A stretch of DNA of 64,000 nucleotides from the human T2T-CHM13v2.0 reference genome, Homo sapiens: the NCBI RefSeq assembly GCF_009914755.1, contig NC_060926.1; one strand, written 5' to 3'. Shown here piece after piece: positions 12,751-25,402 of this stretch. Both the position numbers and the translations under genes were made by a program. Under the pieces are notes generated by a model. That model ran no database searches. It saw nothing but the letters and a program-made list of their open reading frames with translations, and was not told where the DNA came from. Numbering within the stretch: position 1 is the first letter of the stretch; each line of letters begins with the position of its first letter.

Positions 12751-12994
12751 TATATACATATTATCATAAAAAAAAGATTATAAGGAAAAAGACATGAATG
12801 ATAGGTAAGGAATATTCAACAAATATATAATTGGTGTTTGCAAAGAAGAAATGAACAAAAGAAACAGAAAATATGTTCAAGAAATAGGAAAAACAATCCC
12901 AGAACAAATGCTTAAATCTGCAGTGAGAGAATAATGCTCTAATGAAAACTTACTTGAGTGACCAATACCAGTACATAAAAATAATATGGATAAC

Positions 12995-13415
12995 CAGCCC
13001 TGAATCTAGGCTGGTCTCATGGCTTGCTTTGACCCATAGCATGTGGTGAAAATTATTTCATGGCAGCCCTGAGCTTACAGCCCGAAGAGGCCTTGCATAC
13101 TTTCACTCCCTTTCTCACAGCCCTGCTACCATTATGTGAACAAGCCTGGGCCATCCTGCTGGAGTATGAGAGATCGCAGGGCCAAGTCACCCCCACTGTC
13201 CCTGCCAAGAGATAATCAACTACCACATGAGTGAGGTGATTCTAGGCCAGTCAAGCTCCAGTTGACCCATGTCCTAACTCATTCACCCAAGATCAGCCAA
13301 GCCATATCAGCAGGACCACCCCTACAGACCTGCAGGTCTGCAGCAATGATTAATGGTGTTTGTTTTCAGCCACAGTGTTTTGGGGGTGATTTATAAGTCA
13401 ACACAAGCTAAGTAT
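12995..13415 (+). mobile_element. Old MLT1 (F/G/H-like) LTR
   Basis: CCTGAATCTAGGCTGGTCTCATGGCTTGCTTTGACC..ATGTGAACAAGCCTGGG..CAGCCACAGTGTTTTGGGG. Confidence 0.65.
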
Positions 13416-13894
13416 GATGAATGTCTAAATGTTTTTCACAATCTTTTTCTTGGCTTTAGAGAGATGTTAGAAAATAAAGTCTTCTGTGAAGAAAAATTTA
13501 CCTGAAATCCAGCGTATCCAATTATATTTTAGTTTCTTTTTCTTCTGTTAAAGGAAACTTACATTTAATACCTTTTATTTAAAATCACATTTCATATGTC
13601 TAATGGCTGCTTTTATTATAAAAATGGATTCTATTTCATCAAAATTCTACCTTTTTATTTTCTAAACTGTATGGATGTATAAACAGATGTGCAGGACAAT
13701 TTTTATCCAATGTTAATAGCTGCTCTTTCATTGGCAGCAAGAGTTTGTATAATTTTTCTGTTGCTCTTTGTAGTTTTCTGTGTGGCTTGAATTTATTGTA
13801 ATGGGTATGTATCAACTTTGTAAAAACAGTTGAGTCATTCTTTTAAAAGAGCTCGACAGACAGAAAGGAAGTGCTCAGAAAAGGCTGGGTGCAT

Positions 13895-14150
13895 GTTGAA
13901 AGGATGTAAGAGCAACATGGGATCCTGGATTGGCTCCTGTGTCAGAAAATGGACATTAGTGGAAAAACTTGCAAAATTTGAATAAGATCTTTGATTATTA
14001 GTATTGGGTTAATGTTAAAGCAGATTTGATCATTGTACTGTGGTGGGTCATGAAAGATGCTCATAATAGAAGTTGAGTGAAGGGTGAGAGGGAACTCTCT
14101 ATACTATTTTGGCAACTGAGTCTAAAATTATTTCAAAATATAGTTGAAAA
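13895..14150 (+). mobile_element. L1MC/ME 3' UTR fragment
   Basis: GCAACATGGGATCCTGGATTGG..GGACATTAGTGGAAAAACT..GGAACTCTCTATACTATTTT. Confidence 0.7.
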
Positions 14151-16826
14151 GAAGGGATAAGACTGTACTTAATTGTATAAATAAAAAGTCCCACTTTGAT
14201 CTATCTTACTTTTGAAATGGAAAACCTATCATTCTTTGTTAAAGAAAGGGGGAACAGTTAAAAGATAGCCAGTAACTAATGCACATAGTAAATAAAAATT
14301 GCTATTAAGTATAAGCTGACTTCGATTCATAGTTTTAGAGTTTCAGGATATTCTGGGAAAGAAATTTGCTGATGTAAATGTATAATGTCAGCAATATACT
14401 ATCACTGCTGTTATTAATATTTTGATAATGTTTGGTCTGTCAAGGACCAAAGCAATTCTGTATTCTATACAAGCAGCTTGTATACATTTTATACTTCTAA
14501 AGTAATTATTAATATATTTTCAGTTTAATTTAAAGATTGTTATTTACTTTGACCAGAGGAATAATTTAGGAATCAGAACAGTAGTTTACATCTCCAAGTT
14601 AGCAAAATGTGACAGATACATAATCTGTATTGGAAGTGATTTAAGCCTGGTATTTGTGATTCATCAAAGGAAAGCCCATTTGGTCTAGGTTGAAATAGTT
14701 TCCTTAGATGAGGAGTACTTTCCTTTTTATCAGTTATAGTATTCTTCACATCCATTTTGGTTCCAGGACTAAATGACATCCACGCCACACCGTGTATCAA
14801 AACACTCTATAACACATTTTTAAAAACCTCTAATACATTCTGATTGTTTTATAAAAGAGCTATCTTTTAAAAGAGCAGACCAAGTTCATGACAGAGAAGT
14901 TCTCTGGTGCATTCTGAAGCAAATAGAAAGAAAACAACAAAAATCTTAGAAAACTCGTAACTGACAAAATCAACTGCATTTGTTTTAGTTTGGAAACAGC
15001 ACCAGCACCAGTTTCTTTCTTCTAAAAGAGTAAGAATTCACAGCAAGAATATTATTTTTGTTTACAAGAATTGTGTCTGAACCCTCTAAAATACGACTGT
15101 CAAGTCAAATGTCAAGAATGTTAATTAGTGAAAGGAAGGGGAGGAGTTGACGGGAGGCAGGCCGTCAGCACCAGCTCACTCTGTAAACAGAGCTGTGTCT
15201 TGAATTCCACAGCAATGGCATGGAGGCATTCTTTGAAAAGAGGAGATAATAGATGATGAAGTATCTAGCAAAAAAGATATGAAAAGCTTCTGTCCAAACA
15301 CTGTTTATCAAACAAATATACTCTGATTGTAAACTGCCTAAAACTTGAGTTTCAGTTTGTTTAGCTCACCAGCATGTGAGTGTGTATATTCACTATTTGA
15401 GTTTTATTTCAGTTCTTCTCATTGAGGTCATTCCTTGTTTGAATTAGCTCATGCCCTCTGTTCAGAGGATCTCTTCAAAGTAGATTACAAGATTCAGAGA
15501 TATTTTTTAAGTCCATTGATAAGTTCTCCAATTCTAAATATTCCACTGTTTAACCATCGGCCCATTAGCCCAGGCATAAAACAGGGAAGAAAGATACACC
15601 CGCATTAAAAACCAACAGGTTTTTTATTTCCTCAATGCTCCTGTGTCTTACCCTATTTAGAAATCATATGGCATATGCAAATAGATGTGGATAGGTTTGA
15701 CAATTAAGTTATTATTTTATTTTTCTTTTAGACCTAGAGTTTAACCAAAACCATCGCTTCCATGCAACATCGCCCCAAATTCAACAGAGTGGGACTTGGC
15801 AGACAAGTTTTAATTATAGACCTTGCATCTATCTTGTGTCCATCAATATCATGGTTAACTTGGAAGTTAAAGAGGCATTTTGCAACATCACAGGTCTCTT
15901 CTCAACTCATTTAAAATTAATCCCAGTTAAAATAAAAAACACAAATCAAACAGGGCATTTTTCATATTCATTTTGTAGGTGCACTGTCAGAATTATAAAT
16001 CAGCTTTGCCTAAGGAGTAAAATGAAACACACCCAAATGTAGTATTTTTAGGAAAAAATGTCTGGAAATGAGTGCATATGTTACTATGAATTTTTGTTAA
16101 AGATAAGCAAAACTCTAATATGCTAAAATTTATTGACTGGACAAAAATCTCCTCCACAGATGCAATTATTCACATACTCATTGGTCAAATATTTAGTGCA
16201 TGCCTTGAGGATACACCACAAATCAACCCCTTCTCTGCTCCTCTTCCCCAGTCTCCAAAATCTACCTCCTACCTCCAACCCCACACTCACATGGAATTGC
16301 AAATAGCTTGATTGGATAAGCATGGACATCAGAGAAAACTCTCTGATACATTTTTGACACTTGCTAATAAAAGTATGTTGGGTGTTTTTCTGTCTACCTA
16401 AGGATGTTCCACCCATCATGGAGGGAAAATGGGGCTAAGAGAAGCCTGCCTCAGCTGGTGGGGTCATATCCACTCACAGATGTTAAGGAGTCTCCATGAC
16501 AATGAGGACTTGAGGTGGGGAAGAAGAGACCCAGATATCTGCTTTGCCTTCTGTTCAAAAGCCAAGTGTCTGATTTTTCAAGTCTAGGGCTTTAAAACAA
16601 AAATCTCATTTGCAACATGCAGTCAGCAGCGGGGTGCCAAGCTCAGGACCTACCCCAAGGGGCTAGCAGCACTGTAGCCTCTGAGACCACCGTGCCACCT
16701 GGCTGTGCATTCAGATGTCATCCCTCCCCTCAGCAGGGCCAGGCTGACCACCAGACCGGCTGTAGAACCAGTTATTTGTACACCATGTTTGAAATGGACC
16801 TCAGAAATGGTACATTTGGTGAAAGT

Positions 16827-16954
16827 CAGGGTGTTCATAGAATTTATTATCCAAACTGGACATTTTTGAAAGAGAGAACTATTAATAATCATGCCAGGTC
16901 AACAGGCATGAGTGGAGCATGCCCCACAAAGACTTGGACACATGGCCATACCTG
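16827..16954 (+). mobile_element. MER94-like hAT-Blackjack element
   Basis: AGGGTGTTCATAGAATTTATTATCCAAACTGGACA..CTATTAATAATCATGCCAGG..ACATGGCCATACCT. Confidence 0.65.
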
Positions 16955-18684
16955 TATTTTTCTGTTTAGCAATTTGCAATTACTGCACACTTGAAGCATG
17001 TGTAGCTTCCCTGAGGCTCCACCTCTAGGGTTATACTGCCTGGAAATGTATTTTGGGGAAAAACAAACTTGTTGAAGAAAATGTCCTCACAAATGTGTAG
17101 CAATAACTCTAGGGGAAGTCACATTCCCACTTGTCTTGCCCATTGTGGTTAGAGGAGATTCTAGAATTAGAAAAGAAACCAAAAAATGAAAGATCTGCTC
17201 TAAGGGCTTAATTTTGCCCTTCAGGAAACAATCATACAGAGTGGCCCGTGGGTTCTTTAAAAATGTTCCCCATCAATCTTCCACCTCCTGTTCCTTCAAC
17301 TGCCTCTATCTTATTTCACTTTTTGAAAAAAGTTGTTTTATCTCTGGCCTAGAAACTTTGGTACAGTTTGTCAATATCAGGAAGTCCATTAAGTAAGATT
17401 GCATATTATCCTTGCCAGAGCACGGCTGGCTGTCCAGCAGACATCATTTTATGTTTTTGTCTTTCTTTATTTGAAATACCTTTGATGTATCATCTCAGAC
17501 AAAAAATGTAGTTGTTCAACAGCTCAGGGAAGAAAGCCTGAGCTTGCCACAGGAGGAGACAGGGCTAAGGCTGGGGAGTTGGGGGGAGTGTAAATAAAGT
17601 AGAGGACTGGGCAGAGCTACAAGAAATATTTAGCATTCCTGGCTTCCCACAAAGGGTAGGTCAAGGAGAGGGAATGAGCAGTTGGGATGGAGCGTACACC
17701 ACAACTATTCTTTTTCGGTCCTAATCCAGTCCACTGTGACACATAAATGTCCCCAGTGGGCAGACCCCGAGTTTATTGTGTTGTGTGGCAAATGCTGAGT
17801 AATTACACACGATGCCTGTCTATATGCAGGATGGGGTCAAACTCTGTGGCAAAGACACAGCTGCTGGTTTCATGGCTGTGTGACAAATCCACTTTTGCTA
17901 ACAATCGTCAAAGCCATATTCATAACACTATGTGTTTAAGGGATTGAGCACTAAAACTCCGCTTCCACAGGCCCCTGTCAAAACAAAGTCCACTTCTTTA
18001 CAGTGTGCCCACAGGCAGTCTGTGTCAAAAACCTGGTGTCACTTTTTGGAGTGGGATCTTGGAAGAGGAGCCATGCTCACTGTTGTTTGCCTGGATAGTG
18101 AATTGAAGATGGGGCTCTCTTTTCTTGAAACTCTCGGCGGGGTGGGGGGGGAAAGAAACGCGCCTTAGCATCCAAAATAAAGACAACCACACATACACCA
18201 AAACAGAAACAGCCATTTTGTTTTTAAAAGATCTGGTCATTGACAGGCTTTCTTTCTGCCCCGCCACTATGGTCTTCTCGGGTTAATTCATCTCCTGCTG
18301 CTGCAGGATCTATAAAATACTGTATTGAGATGACTTCAGTAGGTTTCCAACAGTGGGATTTTCCAGCTACTGGAAATACCCAAGGCCAGTGTAAACTCAT
18401 TTGTTTTTCTTAATTTGAGCCTTAATTGCAGAGCCTACTTTTTGCTGGATGCTAATCCTCTCAAGCACTTCTGAGGCAAACACTCTAGGAGAGGATGTGG
18501 ACAGAAGTACCCACGGAAAAGGGGACACTGTGACAAAGGGGTCAGCAGGTGAACAAATGTCACATATACCTCCTCTGTGTCATGCGGATGAGCAGGTTCC
18601 AGGTGATGGAAGTGAGAAGGTGCCTCCCATTGCAGGGCCCTAGCAACATAATGCTGTTCAGAATGCTCTTAATACAGAAGTGCC

Positions 18685-19167
18685 TATATTAGTCAGTGTT
18701 CTCCAGAGAAAAGGAACTACTGGGAGAGAGAGAGATTAGAAGGAATTGGCTCACACAATTATGGAGGCTGGCAAAGCCCAAGATTTGTAGGGTGAGTTGA
18801 CAAGCTGGAGACCCAGGAGAGCCAATGGTGTAGTTACAGTATGAAGGCGGGCAGGCTTGAGGTACAGGTACACTTCAAGTCCAAAGGCAGCAAACAACTA
18901 ATTTTTCCTTCTAGTTCAAAGGTCATCAGGCAGAATAGTTTCTATCTTGTTTAGAGGAGGGTCAGCCTTTTTGCTCTATTTGGACCTTCATCTGATTGGA
19001 TGGGGTCCACCTACATATGGTGGGCAATCTGCTTTCCTCAGTCTACTGATTCAAATGTTAAATATCATCCAAAAATATCCTCACATAAACATCCAGTATA
19101 ATGTTTGACAAAATATTTGGGCACCATGTGACCCAGGCAAGTAGACACATAAAAAATAATCATGGCA
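18685..19167 (-). mobile_element. MLT2B-type ERVL solo LTR
   Basis: TATTAGTCAGTGTTCTCCAGAGAA..AAGGAATTGGCTCACACAATTATGGAGGCTGGCAA..GACACATAAAA. Confidence 0.85.
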
Positions 19168-19277
19168 GCACCTGGCCATGAAATGATAAAACCGAGCTTC
19201 AAATCTAGCTCTGTCTGACTCCAAAACCCATATCCTTTCTACCACTGTAGTGACCGATTTTGTTCTCAGGAAACTTA

Positions 19278-19639
<362 letters not shown>

Positions 19640-19919
19640 AAAGGTATGTGACATAATGTGTTACATTATGATAAATGATCAATCATATTAATCAGATAAT
19701 TGACCCATCAGCTGTAAAGTGTGAACCATGTTTACACCCAAGTTTTATTCCCAGTGGTGTAAATGTCCTTTTTTCACTATTTCTTGAGTAGGATACCAAG
19801 TGTAACACACACTGGAGTGTCTTTCAACTCCACAAGGAAGCTGGAACTCAGAGGGGTCTGGACCTTCCAGGCAAGTCCCTGGCTCTGCTCAGGAAGTCTA
19901 GCCATCTGCTGATGCCATG

Positions 19920-20246
19920 TGATATGGTTTGGCTGTGTCCCCACCCAAATATCATCTTGAATTGACCTGGTAGCAAGTAATTGAATCATGGGGGCGGGCT
20001 TTTCCCATGCTATTCTCGTGAAAGTGAATAAGTCTCATGAGATCTGATGGTTTTATAAGGGGCAGTTCCCTCCACATGCTCTGTTGCCTGCTGTCTTGTA
20101 AGATGTGCCTTTGCTCCTCCTTCACCTTCCACCATGATTGTGAGGCCTCCCCAGCCACGTGGAACTGTAAGTCTGTTAAACCTCTTTCCTTTATAAATTA
20201 CCTAGTCTCAGGTATGTCTTTATTAGCAGCATGAGAAAGGACTCAT
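19920..20246 (+). mobile_element. THE1B-like solo LTR with a short internal deletion
   Basis: Starts TGATATGGTTTGGCTGTGTCCCCACCCAAAT; ATTAGCAGCATGAGAA near the end; CATG on both flanks. Confidence 0.9.
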
Positions 20247-20349
20247 CATGCTACATGGTGACAGCAGTGATGGAGACAGTGCCCAGGATTGCCTCCCTAT
20301 GACAGCTAGCAAGGGCTGTGATGCTTTACAATTACTGTCAGCCCAGAAT

Positions 20350-20780
20350 TAACTTCCATTCCGTAGACATTCATGGGTGCCTGCTATAATACATAAAAAG
20401 CACAATATGGAAACAGGCTGGGGCCAAAGGGAGACAAAGACCCAGTCTCTGCCTTCCGAGTGCTTGCAATAGAAGGGGATAAGAAACACAGCTGTGTAAG
20501 AGAGATGCCAGATGATAGATACATGCAGTATACTCTGGCAGTTCCCAAGGGGAGAGATATCACTGCACCCTATGGGGAGCTGAGCAGAGGAGACATTTGA
20601 CGTAGGCTTGGGAGTATGTGTAGGAGTCCAGCAGATGGGGTAGGGAAGGAAAAACAGGAGCAAATGCACAAAAGAGGAGAAGCAGAGGATTTTTCTAAAC
20701 AGCAATGACTCATGCAGTTTGTCTGAATTGTAGAATATATGAGAGGGAGTAGCAGGAATGAGACCTATTTTCTGGGCTTG
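20350..20780 (-). mobile_element. L2 fragment
   Basis: CATTCATGGGTGCCTGCTATA..GACCCAGTCTCTGCCTTCCGAGTGCTTGCAAT. Confidence 0.55.
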
Positions 20781-21529
20781 CACTTCACCCTAAACTCCAG
20801 TCATCTGTAAGATTCATCTCTTTTGGCTCATCCTCCTGAGCAGGAGCAGACAACCCCAGGCAACAGGCAGCACTTGCCCAGCAGTCAGGCTGCTGAACTG
20901 CTCTCCAGTGTGTGTGCATGTGAGGACCCATGAAACAGGGGCCACAGTGTCCTCCCCACCCAGGAACTCAGCCTGGTTTATGAGAACAAACCTCGTTGGC
21001 CTGGGCAGCTGGTCTGATCCACTTCCTGAACTCCTGCTCTCTCTGTCCTACCCCACCACCCAGGCCAGCCTCTCTGTCCTGAAGCTGAGACCTTCTGAAC
21101 AGAAGGCTGGGTCAGCTCTGCTTGCAGCCAGAGGACACTGAGAAGGCCACCACTTACAGGGGCCCTTCTCCTCTCAGGTCCCCAGTGCTCCTAGGGTGGG
21201 CAGCCAGCACTGCTTTCCATCTGATTCCAAGCAATGGCTAAGGCTGGTGGCTACCTATCCATTAAGCTGTAAGATGTTTGCCCTTGGGATGTGGTTTAAG
21301 TGTCAGTCTGAGGTTTAAAATAAAACAAAACAAATTCTGTTTCACTGCATCTTTAATTGTCGACTTCTGGGGAAGTATCTTCTAAAGATGTGCTAGGCAC
21401 AATCACCCGTGGGCCAAACTCCATGAACAGAAGTGGGCATGTTAGAATCCTGCGTCAGCTCTTCCCTCATCTCACTGCCTGGGAAAGTGTCTGATTATAA
21501 CCCCAGCCCCAACTTCTCAGCTCTGACGC

Positions 21530-21700
21530 CTGCTGTTCATCAAAACTGACTGGAGGGTTGCTAGAAATGCAGAGGCTGGGGTCCACCCCAGACCTGATGA
21601 ATCCTAATCCTCAGGCTGAGAACATAGGCCTATGGGCTTTTATTTTTTATATATCTCCCCAGGTGATTATTATACACAGCCAGGGTAGAAAACCCCTGCC
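21530..21700. mobile_element. MER5-like hAT fragment
   Basis: TAGAAATGCAGAGGCTGGGGTCCACCCCAGACC..GAATC..CTCCCCAGGTGATT. Confidence 0.65.
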
Positions 21701-24700
21701 TTAGGCAAATGCCTTATAAATTTTTTTTTGCATTCATATTCTCTATTCATTGCCTCCTAGAATTTCAAGCATTAGGAAAGATCTTGGAGATCAACTAGTC
21801 TAGCACTTTCTAAACTCATGGTAGTGAGAACCAGCGTAGGAGCTGGGGATATAGTGGGCAGTCCTTCCCAGGCTTATGTGACTCAGAACGATCTGCACTT
21901 AGAGTAGAGATTGGCATCCCACTGCTGGAGGGACACAGGTGGGAAGTACTGGCCTAGCTCACCCCTGTATGATGATACAGACTCTGGACCTTCTGCTTCA
22001 TTCCCCTCTGCCTGTACTGCTTCTGCCTGACCCTACACCCCCAGCTTGGGGTGGAGATGACACCTGCAAACACATGAGACACTGGTGGGAAAACCATGTT
22101 CTAGAAGTGTGTGAAATGATGCAGGCAGTGGCCCAGGTGACTTGGCTTTTTTCTCAGTATTGCTTTGAGACCATGCCATCATAAAGTATCTTAGAATCAC
22201 TGAAGAAAGGAAGCCTTTTTTCAAGGATTTTTTTAAGAAATAAGAAATTCTAGATCTTGGGACTTGGAAATCAAGAATCCTCGACTTCCACCCCAGCTTG
22301 AACACAGGTTCTTTGTTGCATTCTGAGGGAGCTTAGAATAGGAATCAACCTCCAACCCCAGGGGCTGTCAAGGCTGAGTCCCTAGCAACGCTTAGCGAGG
22401 GGTAGATGCTGGTAGCAGGAGGGAGGATGGGCAGCCGGCACGTGGGAGACAAGAGTGGGGAGCAAGAGGAGGCTGGGAGGGGTGTGGACAGAATGAGACT
22501 GCCTTGGCCCCTCCCTGCCCAGAGTTCAGGCTGCACGTGGTCCACCTGGCACCTGACACTCCATATGGCATCAATTAAATGGACTCTTCAGCTAATGATC
22601 TAAGGACTATACAGTTATCTGCTTTACACTCTCAGGAAATCTAGCCTGGTGCCTTGTTCAGACAGATTGTTCATTATTGCATGAATAATGACGGACTAAA
22701 AATGACACAGCAGGGAACTTTATCTTCAGAGGAAAACTGCTCTCACCCACTTTCCTAAGGAAATCTGCCTCGGTTCTAGGAGGAAGAGCTCTCTGGCGAG
22801 TTGGGGCTGACCCCCATTTCTCATCAGCTCATCAGAGATACAGAGCTGGTCCAGGAGTCCTCCCCCGGGCTCCCCACCACACACACACTTAATCCATTTA
22901 TTTTCAGATCCCTGCCCAGAAATCTCCAGGAACCCTGACCAGGCCTTGCATCCCTAAGTCCAAAAATTTTGCAGCAAAAAAAGCCATTCTAACTTGAAGC
23001 TTTTAATAGCAAATAAATAAAGTGATCCAGGCTCCAAATGGTCCAGGCAAGGCCACCCCACATAGGACTGTGAATATCACAATAGGTGATTGTTTTAAAG
23101 TGTTTTAATGAGTCTCAAAACATCCTACATAATATCAGCCTCCACTTCAGTCTTCTTGACAGGCTCCAGTAAATAACATGAGTTGACAGGAATAAAACAG
23201 CTTGCTCAGGAGTAATTGAGTGGAATTAGAATGAACAGACAAGAAAGAAAAATTGGCGCTTGGGTCACAAGGAACTTTTTGTTAGAAACGCTCTGGGGGA
23301 TTTGGTGGGATGTGGTCCCGCTGACTAATCACCAGTATAGAAAGTTTACAATCTCTCCACCATGCCAACGTCTTTAATAACTTGAAAAGCACAAGAGGTG
23401 GCTGTTAATTTCAAAGACAGTTATATGAAGCTTTTATTGAGTGTGGTGCAGAGTATATAGTTAGCAGCCTGCAAGATAATGAACCCTTTAAATAAGGCTT
23501 TCAAAAAAACAGTTTTATTTTTGCTTGAGCCAAAAGAACAGTGATTTTCTTCTGGTTATTTTAAGGCAGAAAAATGTATGTGAAGTACAATCTCTCCATT
23601 GCACACACAACCAGCCACTTTTGTCATCAAGGGCATCTGTCCTTGATGCCACAGAACCGTGACTATTCAGATAGAATAAGGGTTGATATTGTCATGACAC
23701 TCCTTTCCCAGGGAAAGAGCAGATGGGCAAGGAAGGAGTTAAATGTGGTGGCACCACCCTCATTTTCTTGTGGACACTGGGGCTTCTCTCCTCACCCCTG
23801 GCTGATGATGCCGTGAAGAGGTAGAGCCCCCTCATGCATGTAATGTCATGATGTGGTGAAACCAGAGATGAAACCAGTGGGTTCTTGAGATACAGAGAAA
23901 GAGAAACAACCAGGACAAGGGCAGGACTTCACATGATTCTGCAGGGGGTATTCTGTGGGCCAGAGACCATGTGTGAGGAGCAAAGTGGGTACAGATGGGC
24001 TTTCTGCTCTGGAGCCTTCTGATCATGGCCTGTTCCTACCTCTTCATACGGCATTCCAGGAACAGATGAAATGGGCTGTTGATGGACCTGGAACCTCTGA
24101 GCTATGGTGACAGGGATGGGTCCTCCCTCTTGCCCCCAGGCAGTCACCTATGATTCTGACCTGTGAAATACCTTATGCATCTATCATTCTCCCTATCCTC
24201 CTCCACCTCCTTCCTTCTCCCCTAGTGTGTATATATGTATACGTGTGTGGAGAGATTAAGAGAGATTTGTCTTGCCCACCTTCAAAGCCATCAATTGTTT
24301 ACTCATTCTGTCATTATTGTGTTGGGTGTTGGTTAAGCACTGTGCTGAAAGCTGAGGATACAAATGTGAGAAAGTCTGACGTGACCCCCTCTGACCCTCA
24401 AGCATCTGGGCCAGCCCCACCTGGGCCCCACCAGCAGCAGGCAGGTGCCACCCCAGCGGGGAAGCTGCCTTCACCCCTCATCCCTGTGAGTCACAACAGT
24501 GGCTTCAGCTGTGGCACCCCCCCCCCCACCCGCCGCCAGGCTGAGGCTCAATGGGACCTAATCCTACTGGCCAAGGAGTCAAAACAAAATAACAACAACA
24601 ACAACAAAAACAGGTCTTTTCTGAGCCAGTCCTGTGAGGAAAGAGAACAATGTAAACAGAGAGATTCGTTAAAGAAAAATGATTTATTTCCTGCCTCAGT

Positions 24701-25264
24701 CCTGGCAACAAACATTGTCTTTCTCATTACCTAATTCAGTCTTGTTGGCAGCATGTGTTCTGGCTTCACTCTGATTTTTTTTTTTAAGACACCTCTCTGC
24801 CCTTCATGTAATATGGGGAGTTTAGCGGTTTCTCGGGATTGGCCCTGCAAGATACATCAAGTTTTACCTCTTTCTAGGTGTCAGTGCTTGATAGCCCAGG
24901 AAAATCCCTTCTAGAAGTTTTCAGGATCTGGTAAGCCCTGGGCAGAAACTCACAGCCTCACTTGTCTCTGGCAGTCAGGAACGTGCTGGGAGCTGCATCG
25001 TCTGTGGGAGTCTGGAATGCCTAGGAAGGCGAGTTGCAGCCTACACTGAGTTGGAGACAGTCTCAGATTCTTGCTGGTCTCAGATATACAGAGATCCCAG
25101 AGGATCTCCCTGTTTTAAGGAAAGAGAGAGCTACTTCTGCAGTTATCAGGAAGCAAAATTATCTCTGAGTCAAATTCCCCTTCCAAAGGTCTTAGCCAAA
25201 AAAAAGGAAATTTTTAATGCACTTTTGAAGTTGTTATACTCTTTAATGTTTAGTGATTCCCGGT

Positions 25265-25402
25265 CCTGGCAGGGTCTTGAAAGCTCCTGGAGGATGTATT
25301 TGAATGCAGATTGCTGCTTCCTACTTCCGACCCTCCACCCCAGAGAATGTCTTGAGTGGGGCCCAGGAATCTAAATGTTTGACAACTTCTCAGTGATTCT
25401 TC
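25265..25402. mobile_element. MER5A-like fragment
   Basis: AATGCAGATTGCTG..CCACCCCAGAG..GTGGGGCCCAGGAATCT..GTGATTCT. Confidence 0.6.

Noticed and set aside
24150-24734. 194-aa ORF, the longest non-L1 ORF
   Set aside because: Crosses an L2 fragment, a C run and an (AAC)n tract, with no domain or coding-like composition.
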